Assembly: GCA_024695235.1 (NCBI GenBank)
Contig: JAILIP010000020.1
Location: 543 to 64,542, forward strand
Source: Bacilli bacterium
GTDB taxonomy: Bacteria > Bacillota_I > Bacilli_A > RFN20 > CAG-826
Reading direction: 5' to 3'
Length of the DNA stretch: 64,000 nt
The notes beneath the pieces are model-generated. The model saw nothing but the letters and a program-made list of their open reading frames with translations, was not told where the DNA came from and ran no database searches. Within the stretch, counting starts at the first letter, position 1. Every line of letters starts with the position of its first letter. Made by a program: the position numbers and the translations under genes. This document shows, piece after piece, positions 26,300 through 34,885 of the stretch.

Positions 26300-28401
26300 T
26301 ATTGGAATTCCTCCTCATTTTTAGTTGATGGGATAATGTTATAAACAACAAGCGATACGACAGCAACAACGATAAAGACCATGATACCGATAACGGCAGC
26401 AAGTTTGTAGTTGCTATCATTAATAGCAAGTGAGAATAACCATGTGATAAGTAAGTCTGTTTTACCAGCATTACCGAACATGTTAATATCCTTCGGTCCT
26501 CCACCTGTAAGAAGGTAGATGACGTTAAAGTTGTTCATATTTCCTGTAAAGCTCGTTAAGAGGTATGGACCTGTAATAAAGAGCATGTAAGGAAGTGTAA
26601 TCTTTGAATATTGTTGCCATGGTGAAGCACCATCAATATTGGCAGATTCATATAAGTCAGCAGGAATGTTCATCAAGATACCTGTAACGATGAGCATGAG
26701 ATATGGAACACCGATCCAAATATTGATGATAATAACTGTTATACGAGCGAGCCATTGGTTATCCCAAAATGGGATTGGTTGTGGATCTGCCGCTTTGAAT
26801 ATTGTGCGTTGTATCCACATGTGAGCGTTATTGATGATACCGTCACTAGCGAACATCTTAGAGACGTAAAGAATGGAAATAAATTGAGGAATAGCAATTG
26901 AGAAGACTAAGATTGTTCTCCATAGCTTTTTAAGTTTAATTCCTTTCTTATTAATGAGCATAGCTACTAGCATTCCTAAGAAGTAGTTAGTGAATGTAGC
27001 AAAGAATGCCCAAACAAGTGTCCATAAGAGGATTTGACCAAAGGTCATTGAGAAAGATGCACCACCTGAATTGGTCCACTTGAACAACTGAGCGAAGTTA
27101 TCAAAACCAGCCCAGCCAAATAGGTTCAGTGGTGGATTGTGGTTAGCGTCATATGTTGTAAAGGCAACCAAGATCATAAAGAAGATAGGTAATACGGTAA
27201 AGATGATGATACCTAATGTAGGTAATGCTAATAGAGTAGTGTGGAAGTTTTTATCAACCATTGCTCTAAGGTCATCTTTAGCAGTAGCAAGTTTCCTCTC
27301 ATCTTTGATGATTTGTTCAGCGATACGGTTTTGCTTCACGTTAACATACCATGTGTATGCAAATGCAATGATAAAGAAGATTGTTAAAACACCATATAAC
27401 AAGATGTTAAAGGAGTTTTCACCATATACGACTGTACCATCATCGCCTGTAACGGATTCAACAGTACCTAAAATGTAAAGTCTACCAAGGTAATGTCCAC
27501 CGAATAAGACGATATATAGGATGAATACTACTTCAAATAGGAGGAACAAGATACCTCTTAACCATTGACCACGAGCAATGCTGCCAAAGCCCATGATGAA
27601 GTAAGAGATTTTTGTCTTCCAATCTCCGTGAATAAATGTATCCCAGAGACCTTTGAAGAATAATCCGATATTGATGACTAATTTCTTCAAGCCTTTAGCG
27701 ATCTTCTTACCAAGACCGCCAACTTTTTCTGGAATAGATTCAAAGAATCTAACAAACTTATATCCAAACTTTTGTCCTTTGGACATAAGAAGGAATTGAG
27801 CTTGTTCATTAGCAACTGCTTCACGTTTAACTTCAGCTTTTGCTTTTTCAAGTTCTTTGAGTTCAGCTTCAAGAGCTTCTTTTCTTGCAAGGAATTCTTC
27901 CTTTTCAATTTCTTTAGCCTTGCAGTTAGCCTTGTTGGCTTTTAGAAGTCCTTCAATCTTCTTGATAGAAGCCTCAAGTTTATCTTTCTTAGCAAAGATG
28001 ATACCTTGATCTTTCTTTAGAAGATCTTTTCTATAGTCAAGGAGTTCTTTATGAAGTGGAATAAGTTCGTTTCTGATGGTCTTATATTCTGCTTCATATG
28101 CTTTTTGGTCCATTGAGCCTTCTTCGTGTGCTTTATCAGCAACATCGTATCTAGCTTCAATTTCTTTGACTTTAGCTTCTAAATCTTTCTTTGCTAAAGC
28201 AAGTTCATGCTTTTCAGTTTTGAGGAGTTCAATGACTCCATCAAGTGCCTCGCATTTAACTGCTTCAACACTTGTAACGTATTCTTCAGCTTTTAAAGAA
28301 GAGGAAGCACGTTTTTCTTTTAATGCAGCAAGTTCTTCGTCACGTTTGTTAAACAATGGTTCAACTTTTGCTACATTGTCAATTCTATATTTGTTTGACA
28401 T
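26299..28401 (-). CDS. malF: Maltodextrin-type ABC transporter permease (MalF-like) with a ~205-aa N-terminal coiled-coil extension
   Basis: 700 aa. EAA loop ESANIDGASPWQQYSKITLP within a C-terminal ~450-aa permease core. The N-terminus is K/E/A-rich and heptad-like. AAGGAGG RBS. Confidence 0.85.
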   Translation of the reverse strand: MSNKYRIDNVAKVEPLFNKRDEELAALKEKRASSSLKAEEYVTSVEAVKCEALDGVIELLKTEKHELALAKKDLEAKVKEIEARYDVADKAHEEGSMDQKAYEAEYKTIRNELIPLHKELLDYRKDLLKKDQGIIFAKKDKLEASIKKIEGLLKANKANCKAKEIEKEEFLARKEALEAELKELEKAKAEVKREAVANEQAQFLLMSKGQKFGYKFVRFFESIPEKVGGLGKKIAKGLKKLVINIGLFFKGLWDTFIHGDWKTKISYFIMGFGSIARGQWLRGILFLLFEVVFILYIVLFGGHYLGRLYILGTVESVTGDDGTVVYGENSFNILLYGVLTIFFIIAFAYTWYVNVKQNRIAEQIIKDERKLATAKDDLRAMVDKNFHTTLLALPTLGIIIFTVLPIFFMILVAFTTYDANHNPPLNLFGWAGFDNFAQLFKWTNSGGASFSMTFGQILLWTLVWAFFATFTNYFLGMLVAMLINKKGIKLKKLWRTILVFSIAIPQFISILYVSKMFASDGIINNAHMWIQRTIFKAADPQPIPFWDNQWLARITVIIINIWIGVPYLMLIVTGILMNIPADLYESANIDGASPWQQYSKITLPYMLFITGPYLLTSFTGNMNNFNVIYLLTGGGPKDINMFGNAGKTDLLITWLFSLAINDSNYKLAAVIGIMVFIVVAVVSLVVYNIIPSTKNEEEFQ

Positions 28402-28417
28402 CGTCTATCCTCCTTCC

Positions 28418-29716
28418 TTAATCTTCACTCTTAAGTGCATCTAAACCTGCACTATAAGTGTGTAAAATGTTGCGAATTTCTTCTTCGCTTGTGCCAGTTT
28501 CAATAGCGGTGGCTGTTGCTTGTAAAGCAACGAACCATGCGCCTGGGCATTGTCCTTGTTGAGTTGCGTACTTATGTTGATCTCTTAAAGCGGTTAAACC
28601 TGGATGTGCTAAAACATCAGGATCTTCCGAGACAGCAACATTAGTTGGACCCCAAGAAACTGTTCTAAATCTCTCTAATTGAGATGCTCTATTTGTTAAG
28701 AATTGAGCAAGCTTACGGCAGACGCTAGCTTTCTTAGAGTCTACTTGTGGCTTAACACCCATAAGCTTATAACCATCAAACGATGATAGATGATAATCAG
28801 TTCCATCAACGGTAAATGATGGCATTTCAGCACAGACGAGATTATCGCCCCATTGTTCTTTGGCAGCTTCATATTCCCAAATACCTGTTACAACAGCGCC
28901 ACATTTGTCGCTAAGTGTAGCAGATTTAGAAACGACTGAAGCATCGGCGATTTCTCTAATACCTTTACCAGCGATAACTCCTAGATCGGAATCATAGTTA
29001 TCATCATAAGATGTGAACTTACCGCTGATAGGGTCAATTGTCCAGTTAGAATGGCAGCCAGTACCTAAGAAGTAGCTAGCAGCATACCAACCGTTACTTC
29101 TACCTTCAAAGTTAAGTGTTCTATTCTTAGCTTTTAAGGCAGCAAGAAGTGTGGTCATGTTCTTAGCAGCATCTTCGGAAACAACACTCTTATCATAGTA
29201 GAGGAAGTATCCGTTATCAGATGTTACTGGAAGAGCATATAAGTCAGTATCATTGATTGATCCGGCTTTAATTGAGTCGGCACTATTAGTGTCTTGTAAG
29301 AATGTTTTAAGTGAACCAGTGATCTTAGAGACAGCACCAGCGACTTTTAGACGTGAAAGTTGGTCTTGAGCAAAGCAGAAAATGTCAGCGCCACTTTGGA
29401 CGTCTTGAAGCATTGAGCTTGCTGCGCCACCTTCATCCATAGGTTCAATGTTAGCTTTGATGGTGTATTTACCGCCATAAGCCATTTCAAATGAACCAAT
29501 TTGAGAACGTGTCAATGATTCGATCTTTTCGTCGACCCAAATCTTGATATCGTATGTACCTGAGTCATCGATACCTGATGGATCTTCCCATAGATCGCCA
29601 TCGGCTCCGCCTCCTCTCATGTTATTAACACCTTGAATCTCATATGTGTACTTAAAGTTACATGCACTGAGAAGGAGGACTGCTAATATTGGTGAGAATT
29701 TAAAGATTTTCTTCAT
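28418..29716 (-). CDS. malE: Sugar (maltodextrin) ABC substrate-binding lipoprotein
   Basis: Start placed at MKKIFKF (AAGGAGG 5 nt upstream). Lipobox LLSAC. Type-I SBP size, adjacent to the permease genes. Confidence 0.8.
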   Translation of the reverse strand: MKKIFKFSPILAVLLLSACNFKYTYEIQGVNNMRGGGADGDLWEDPSGIDDSGTYDIKIWVDEKIESLTRSQIGSFEMAYGGKYTIKANIEPMDEGGAASSMLQDVQSGADIFCFAQDQLSRLKVAGAVSKITGSLKTFLQDTNSADSIKAGSINDTDLYALPVTSDNGYFLYYDKSVVSEDAAKNMTTLLAALKAKNRTLNFEGRSNGWYAASYFLGTGCHSNWTIDPISGKFTSYDDNYDSDLGVIAGKGIREIADASVVSKSATLSDKCGAVVTGIWEYEAAKEQWGDNLVCAEMPSFTVDGTDYHLSSFDGYKLMGVKPQVDSKKASVCRKLAQFLTNRASQLERFRTVSWGPTNVAVSEDPDVLAHPGLTALRDQHKYATQQGQCPGAWFVALQATATAIETGTSEEEIRNILHTYSAGLDALKSED

Positions 29717-29730
29717 ATTTTCCTCCTTTC

Positions 29731-30150
29731 TTATGCAACCCAAACTCCATAGAGATTGAGAATGTTAGATTGTTTGATATCTGTGGAGAAATCCCATAAG
29801 AGAGTTTCATCCATACAAGATGGGTATTGAGAGTAACCTAAAAACTTAGGATATAAAGGATCTGGTGCATCAGCGTTAGTCAATTTGGCTTCTTCTGGGC
29901 ACTCACCTATAGGTGTAAGCATATACCATGATAGGGAATAGATTCTTTCTGATTCTTCGGAATGTGAATAATCAAGATAGAAATAGACCATCATAGGAAG
30001 CTTCTCTGCCTCTTCTTCTTCAGTTTCTTCTTCGGCATCTTCTCCATCGGCTGCCTTTGGATATGGGTTCCTAGGAACGAATACGCTTGAGAAACTACAT
30101 CCGCTTAGAAGTGGAAGAAGTAATGGAAGTAATAATAATTTTTTCTTCAT
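29731..30150 (-). CDS. Small lipoprotein, unknown function
   Basis: Lipobox LLSGC, acidic linker (EEETEEEEAE), and a C-terminal segment FLGYSQY...LNLYGVWV resembling a Listeria-Bacteroides (Flg_new) repeat. Confidence 0.7.
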   Translation of the reverse strand: MKKKLLLLPLLLPLLSGCSFSSVFVPRNPYPKAADGEDAEEETEEEEAEKLPMMVYFYLDYSHSEESERIYSLSWYMLTPIGECPEEAKLTNADAPDPLYPKFLGYSQYPSCMDETLLWDFSTDIKQSNILNLYGVWVA

Positions 30151-30162
30151 GATGCTACCCCC

Positions 30163-33100
30163 TTACCCTCTTTTATAAATGGCGATTGAATTAGTCACGC
30201 CAAAATGGAATTTGTTATCTGCTTGAGATACGCTTCCATAAATAAACTTACGTGTCCAAGAATCAACAGCCGAACTATCACATTGAATGTAATCAACTTC
30301 GGAATTGATTCCGCCAGAGCATGTGTAGATGAATGTTTCATTCACTTGGAAAGCGGTGCAGTTAGAGAAGTTGCCATCCTCTGACCAGTAAATGTTCATA
30401 ACACCAGCACCAGCTGAAGTTGTTGAATAGAAGGCATTAGCGCCATTATTCTCTCCACGTTTCTTAGAAGAATCATTGTGGAGTTTAATCATATCTTGGA
30501 ACTTAACAAAATATTTGTAAGTTTGATTATCGATCTCATTACTATCGACTGCAAATTTAATCTTATTACCCCATTTAAAGGTATTGACTCTAAGTGGAGC
30601 ATTATATGAGTTATGAGAAATGTAATGTCCATGGAGTTTGGTCCAGCTATCAGCTGTAACATATGACTCTTTGGTTTCGGCTTCAGTTAATTCTTTTGTT
30701 CTAAAGAGTTCTTCGCCACCGAGCATAAATGCTGCAGAGTTAGATGCAAAGACCATTGAATGGACTTGTAATGATGCATTTAAGAGAGCTTCTGCACTAG
30801 CTGGAGCACCAGATGTAAGTGTTTGATAGAGTTGATCTCTAACTGTCCAGTTATCGTGACATGAAGCATAGTTAATTGTTTGTTCTGGATAGTAACCAGT
30901 TAAATCACCATTGGTATTAACGTTGGTGTTTGTACCCCACATACCTTTGGCAATGGAATCAAGTGCACCATAGTCAACATACCAGTGACCATTAGATTCT
31001 CTCCAGTTACCTTTTTGTGCCCATCCAGAGTTTGGATAGTTCTTGCCATCATATGATGAACCATTATCACCACGGATAGCGTCTCTAAAGGCATTATTGA
31101 ATCCACCTAAATAGACACCAGTGGTCTTGAAGTTATTAAGTTCATTATAGATTTGCCAGTTTTCAGCACCGAAGTTATATGGCGAACTTCCATGTTCAGA
31201 GTTCCATTGGAATGAACCTGGACCATGATAGCCAAGTGACCATCCTTCACCATACATATAAATATCTGGATCAATTTCATATAAAGCTTGTTTTGCTTTA
31301 ATGAGAGTTTGGAAATCAATAAGTCCCATTAAGTCGAAACGGAAACCTTTAATTTTGTATTCAGTTGCCCACATCTTTAAAGAATCAACGATGAACTTAC
31401 TCATCATAGGTCTTTCAGATGCAACTTCGTTATGACATCCAGAGCCATCCCAAAGTTCCCCGGCCTTTTGATATGGTTGAGTTGCACCCTCATCATACCA
31501 ATCCTTTTGAGCATATCTGAAGTAATATCTTGGCATTAACTTATGGAAGCAGCTACCAGTAGCAGAGCTAACGTGGTTATAAACAACGTCCATAATTACA
31601 CGTGTGTGAGAATCAGTTTGAGACATCTTTAAGACAAGATTCTTGAATTCTTTCACACGGGCTAAACCATCACGTGGGTTTGAAGAATATGCACCTTCAA
31701 CTACGTTGTAGTTGAGTGGGTTATAACCCCAGTTATATTTAACTTGTTTGGTTGGATTGCCATCTTCATCAAAGACATCTGATTCATCGTTATCACTATC
31801 GAAGACAGGAACGAGTTGAACAGCGTTGACACCGAGTTCGTTTAAATGATCGTAACCAGTTGATTTTGATTCGGTATAGCCGACTGGAATATCAGTTGCA
31901 GCAACTTCTGTGCCACTTTCAACGAAGGCTTCATATGTTCCGCGTTTTGTAGCAGGAGATTTGCTTGATGCCCAAGAATCATCACCTGTGAAGTCTTGAA
32001 CGTGAACTTCATAGATTGATAATTGTTGAGGTGTAGTGATATCTAAACCTAAATCGGTTCTACCATCCCATTTAAGTGGAAGAGCATCCCAACCTGTTGG
32101 ATTAGAATCAGCTTTATCATAGATAAATCCACGAACACCATTTGTACCAGCACTTGTTGCATATGGATCCATACAAACGTTAGTACCTAAGGTATTATCA
32201 ACTTGATAGTTATAGAATTTACCTTTTAGATCACCATCGATTGTAAGTTCCCAAATACCACCAGTGGTGTAATGCATATGGTAACCTTCATATAAATCAT
32301 CTCCACCGAATTCTGTTGATGTGTCACTATCGTAAATCATACATGTGACATTAGCAGAAACAGGTGACCACACTCTAAAGGTTGTGGCGGTAGGAGTGTA
32401 TGTCATACCAAGAGCATTGACTTTTGCTTGGTTAGTTGGGTTCTTATCTTCGTAGTAAGTATTAAACTTAGCACTTTCGTAAAGCTTATCAAAACCGACT
32501 GTAACAGTCTTGCTAAGAGCTTTCATCTTAGGATTAACATCAGTTGATGGGTCATGACTCACAAGTGAGTAAACCATATTCACGTGTGCATCATACTTTA
32601 AATTGATGTTGAATTTACCAGAACCGCTACCTTCTTTGACAAGATACCATCTTTGAGCTTCGCCTCTTTTCTTTGGACGAATCTTATAATAGGTCTCATC
32701 ATAAGCATAGAGCTTCCAATCTACTCTAGTAGTATCTTTGGTAAGTTCACATGAAATTGTCTTCCAATCTGTGAATTTAGCGAGTTGAATACCATGGACT
32801 TGTGTTTCTTCTTCGCTGGATAAAATGGCGATACCGCCACCAGCAGCAGGCATTGTCCAAACTTCAACTGTTTCATTAGCCTTTGGAGGGAATTCAGAAT
32901 ATACAAGTTGCATATCATCACTTTGTCCACCCCAGTTGAGGTTTGTGGATGATATCATCTTGTATTTTACGATAAAGAACAATTTTGATTTACCGGCGAA
33001 TGCGGTGAAGCGTGGGTCGGTAAAATCAATAGTAATTGTCATCATGGTTCCGTCTGTATTGCAGGACATGATGTCGCTAGAGTTATCAAAGTTATATTCT

Positions 33101-33402
33101 TTACCATCTTGACCAGTAACCCATAGATAGAAGGCTCTGCCTTTGTTGCCACCGTCTTCATTGAAATAGTGAAGAATTACTTTGTTAACGACAATTACTT
33201 CTTCTTCATCATCGTCATCATCTGCTTTGATCTTGTTCGAAATATCAGGATTGCCTAAAACAGCATGGCTTCCATCATTTGAATAGATAGCAGTATCCTC
33301 TCCTGGATCTTCATCTTGGCTATTAACCTTTCCACAGCTTGAAAGACCCACCATCAATACTGATGGCAAGAGAGTCAGGAGTAATCTGTTAATCTTTTTC
33401 AT
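30163..33402 (-). CDS. pulA: Type I pullulanase (GH13) lipoprotein
   Basis: Lipobox GLSSC. YNWGYNP pullulanase signature. GH13 regions DVVYNH, GFRFDLMG, YGEGW, YASCHDN. N-terminal CBM41/48-like region (HYFNEDGG...FYLWV). Confidence 0.9.
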   Translation of the reverse strand: MKKINRLLLTLLPSVLMVGLSSCGKVNSQDEDPGEDTAIYSNDGSHAVLGNPDISNKIKADDDDDEEEVIVVNKVILHYFNEDGGNKGRAFYLWVTGQDGKEYNFDNSSDIMSCNTDGTMMTITIDFTDPRFTAFAGKSKLFFIVKYKMISSTNLNWGGQSDDMQLVYSEFPPKANETVEVWTMPAAGGGIAILSSEEETQVHGIQLAKFTDWKTISCELTKDTTRVDWKLYAYDETYYKIRPKKRGEAQRWYLVKEGSGSGKFNINLKYDAHVNMVYSLVSHDPSTDVNPKMKALSKTVTVGFDKLYESAKFNTYYEDKNPTNQAKVNALGMTYTPTATTFRVWSPVSANVTCMIYDSDTSTEFGGDDLYEGYHMHYTTGGIWELTIDGDLKGKFYNYQVDNTLGTNVCMDPYATSAGTNGVRGFIYDKADSNPTGWDALPLKWDGRTDLGLDITTPQQLSIYEVHVQDFTGDDSWASSKSPATKRGTYEAFVESGTEVAATDIPVGYTESKSTGYDHLNELGVNAVQLVPVFDSDNDESDVFDEDGNPTKQVKYNWGYNPLNYNVVEGAYSSNPRDGLARVKEFKNLVLKMSQTDSHTRVIMDVVYNHVSSATGSCFHKLMPRYYFRYAQKDWYDEGATQPYQKAGELWDGSGCHNEVASERPMMSKFIVDSLKMWATEYKIKGFRFDLMGLIDFQTLIKAKQALYEIDPDIYMYGEGWSLGYHGPGSFQWNSEHGSSPYNFGAENWQIYNELNNFKTTGVYLGGFNNAFRDAIRGDNGSSYDGKNYPNSGWAQKGNWRESNGHWYVDYGALDSIAKGMWGTNTNVNTNGDLTGYYPEQTINYASCHDNWTVRDQLYQTLTSGAPASAEALLNASLQVHSMVFASNSAAFMLGGEELFRTKELTEAETKESYVTADSWTKLHGHYISHNSYNAPLRVNTFKWGNKIKFAVDSNEIDNQTYKYFVKFQDMIKLHNDSSKKRGENNGANAFYSTTSAGAGVMNIYWSEDGNFSNCTAFQVNETFIYTCSGGINSEVDYIQCDSSAVDSWTRKFIYGSVSQADNKFHFGVTNSIAIYKRG

Positions 33403-33450
33403 ATGGAGTTTCCTCTTTCTGATTAACTAATTCACATAACAATAATATCA

Positions 33451-34875
33451 TTATTGCATTTCTTGTGGGAACACAATTTTGTGAACCCATTCAAAATCTA
33501 CGAATTTGAATGTCCAGTTCGGATCACCGACTGTTCCAGGCCAGTTGATACGACCACGATCATCCATCTTAAGTAGATCTTGCAACATGAATATTGTCAT
33601 GAATGAAGGTAAGGAGTAGATATAGGAGAATATCTTAGCAAATAATCTCTTATCATTTTTCTCCTTGAATTTATTTTGTAAGAAAACTTTGTTTTCTTTG
33701 CTAAGCGATTTAAACCAACCGAATAAGGTTTGGTTATCATGTGTACCTGGGTAGACGATTTGTCTATTTGTCGACATTGCGTTTTCATCAAAGATGGTGA
33801 ATTCACAAATGTACATACCAGGTAAGTTGTATTTATCTCTAAGCTCTAAGACTGATGGGAATAAATCTCCTAAGTCTTCAGCGATGAGATTAATGTTTGG
33901 ATATTTAGCATATAATGCATCGAAGAATTCTTCACGTGGACCAACTTCCCATTTGCCACGTCGTGCGTTAAAGTCCTCAGCAGGAATAACGCAGTATGTG
34001 TCAAAGGCTCTAAAGTGGTCTAAGCGGAGCATATCGCATGTTGATGCAAGATATCCGATACGATTAACGAGGAATGAATAATTGTTTTGTTTCATTTTCT
34101 CGAAGTTATAAATAGGTGTTCCCCATAGTTGGCCATCATCACTGAAGGCATCTGGTGGACATCCACTTACAAGGGTTGGATGATTGTTCTCATCAAGAAG
34201 GAATTCATCCTTATTTAACCAACAATCGGTTGAATCGATACCAACATAGAATGGGCAATCAGCAATAATCTTAATACCCATCTTCCTTGCGTATTTCCAA
34301 AGCCTATAATATTGACGATATGCAACAAATTGCATAAACATCTCAAATTCACAGGCCATAACATCTTCACTTGGAAGATATGAATGTTCATCGAAGTAGT
34401 TTTGCATCCACTTTGGCCATCTATTCCATTGGATAAAATTCATCTTCTTTCTAAAGGTGATAAATAAGGCATACTTTTCTAGCCATGGATGATCCTTTTT
34501 AAACTTTTGATATCCTCTCATTGGCTTTTTAATAAACTTTAAGAATGCTTTATACAAAATCTTCTCTTTGAATAGACGGACGGCCTCATATTGAATCTTT
34601 TTAGAGTGAGGTTGGAATGAAGGAATATGTTTTACTAAACCAAGCTTCTTAAGCTCATCTAAATCGATATAACGATTTTCAATTGCTTCAGAGCATGTTG
34701 ACATGTAAGGTGAATTACCTGGACCCAATGGATTGATAGGTAAAACTTGCCAGTAGGCATAGTGATTCTTTTTAAGCCATCTAACAAATTTATATGAAGA
34801 TGGCCCAAAATCGCCTATGCCATGTCTTCCTGGTAAGGATGATATTGGAAGTAATACACCTACATTATCTTTCAT
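33451..34875 (-). CDS. malQ: 4-alpha-glucanotransferase (amylomaltase, GH77)
   Basis: N-terminal GVLLPISSLPGRHGIGDFG, LRLDHFRAF and PGTHDN motifs, no signal peptide, 474 aa. Confidence 0.9.
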   Translation of the reverse strand: MKDNVGVLLPISSLPGRHGIGDFGPSSYKFVRWLKKNHYAYWQVLPINPLGPGNSPYMSTCSEAIENRYIDLDELKKLGLVKHIPSFQPHSKKIQYEAVRLFKEKILYKAFLKFIKKPMRGYQKFKKDHPWLEKYALFITFRKKMNFIQWNRWPKWMQNYFDEHSYLPSEDVMACEFEMFMQFVAYRQYYRLWKYARKMGIKIIADCPFYVGIDSTDCWLNKDEFLLDENNHPTLVSGCPPDAFSDDGQLWGTPIYNFEKMKQNNYSFLVNRIGYLASTCDMLRLDHFRAFDTYCVIPAEDFNARRGKWEVGPREEFFDALYAKYPNINLIAEDLGDLFPSVLELRDKYNLPGMYICEFTIFDENAMSTNRQIVYPGTHDNQTLFGWFKSLSKENKVFLQNKFKEKNDKRLFAKIFSYIYSLPSFMTIFMLQDLLKMDDRGRINWPGTVGDPNWTFKFVDFEWVHKIVFPQEMQ

Positions 34876-34885
34876 AAAATCCTAA

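Noticed and set aside
26163-26504. 113-aa ORF overlapping the malF/malG junction in another frame
   Set aside because: Both overlapped genes have strong family motifs in their own frames, and there is no independent signal for a third frame.
28076-28444. 122-aa Ser/Ala-rich ORF antisense to the malF 5' region
   Set aside because: It is the antisense reading of the K/E/A-rich coiled-coil coding region. Such shadow ORFs are expected and it has no start context.
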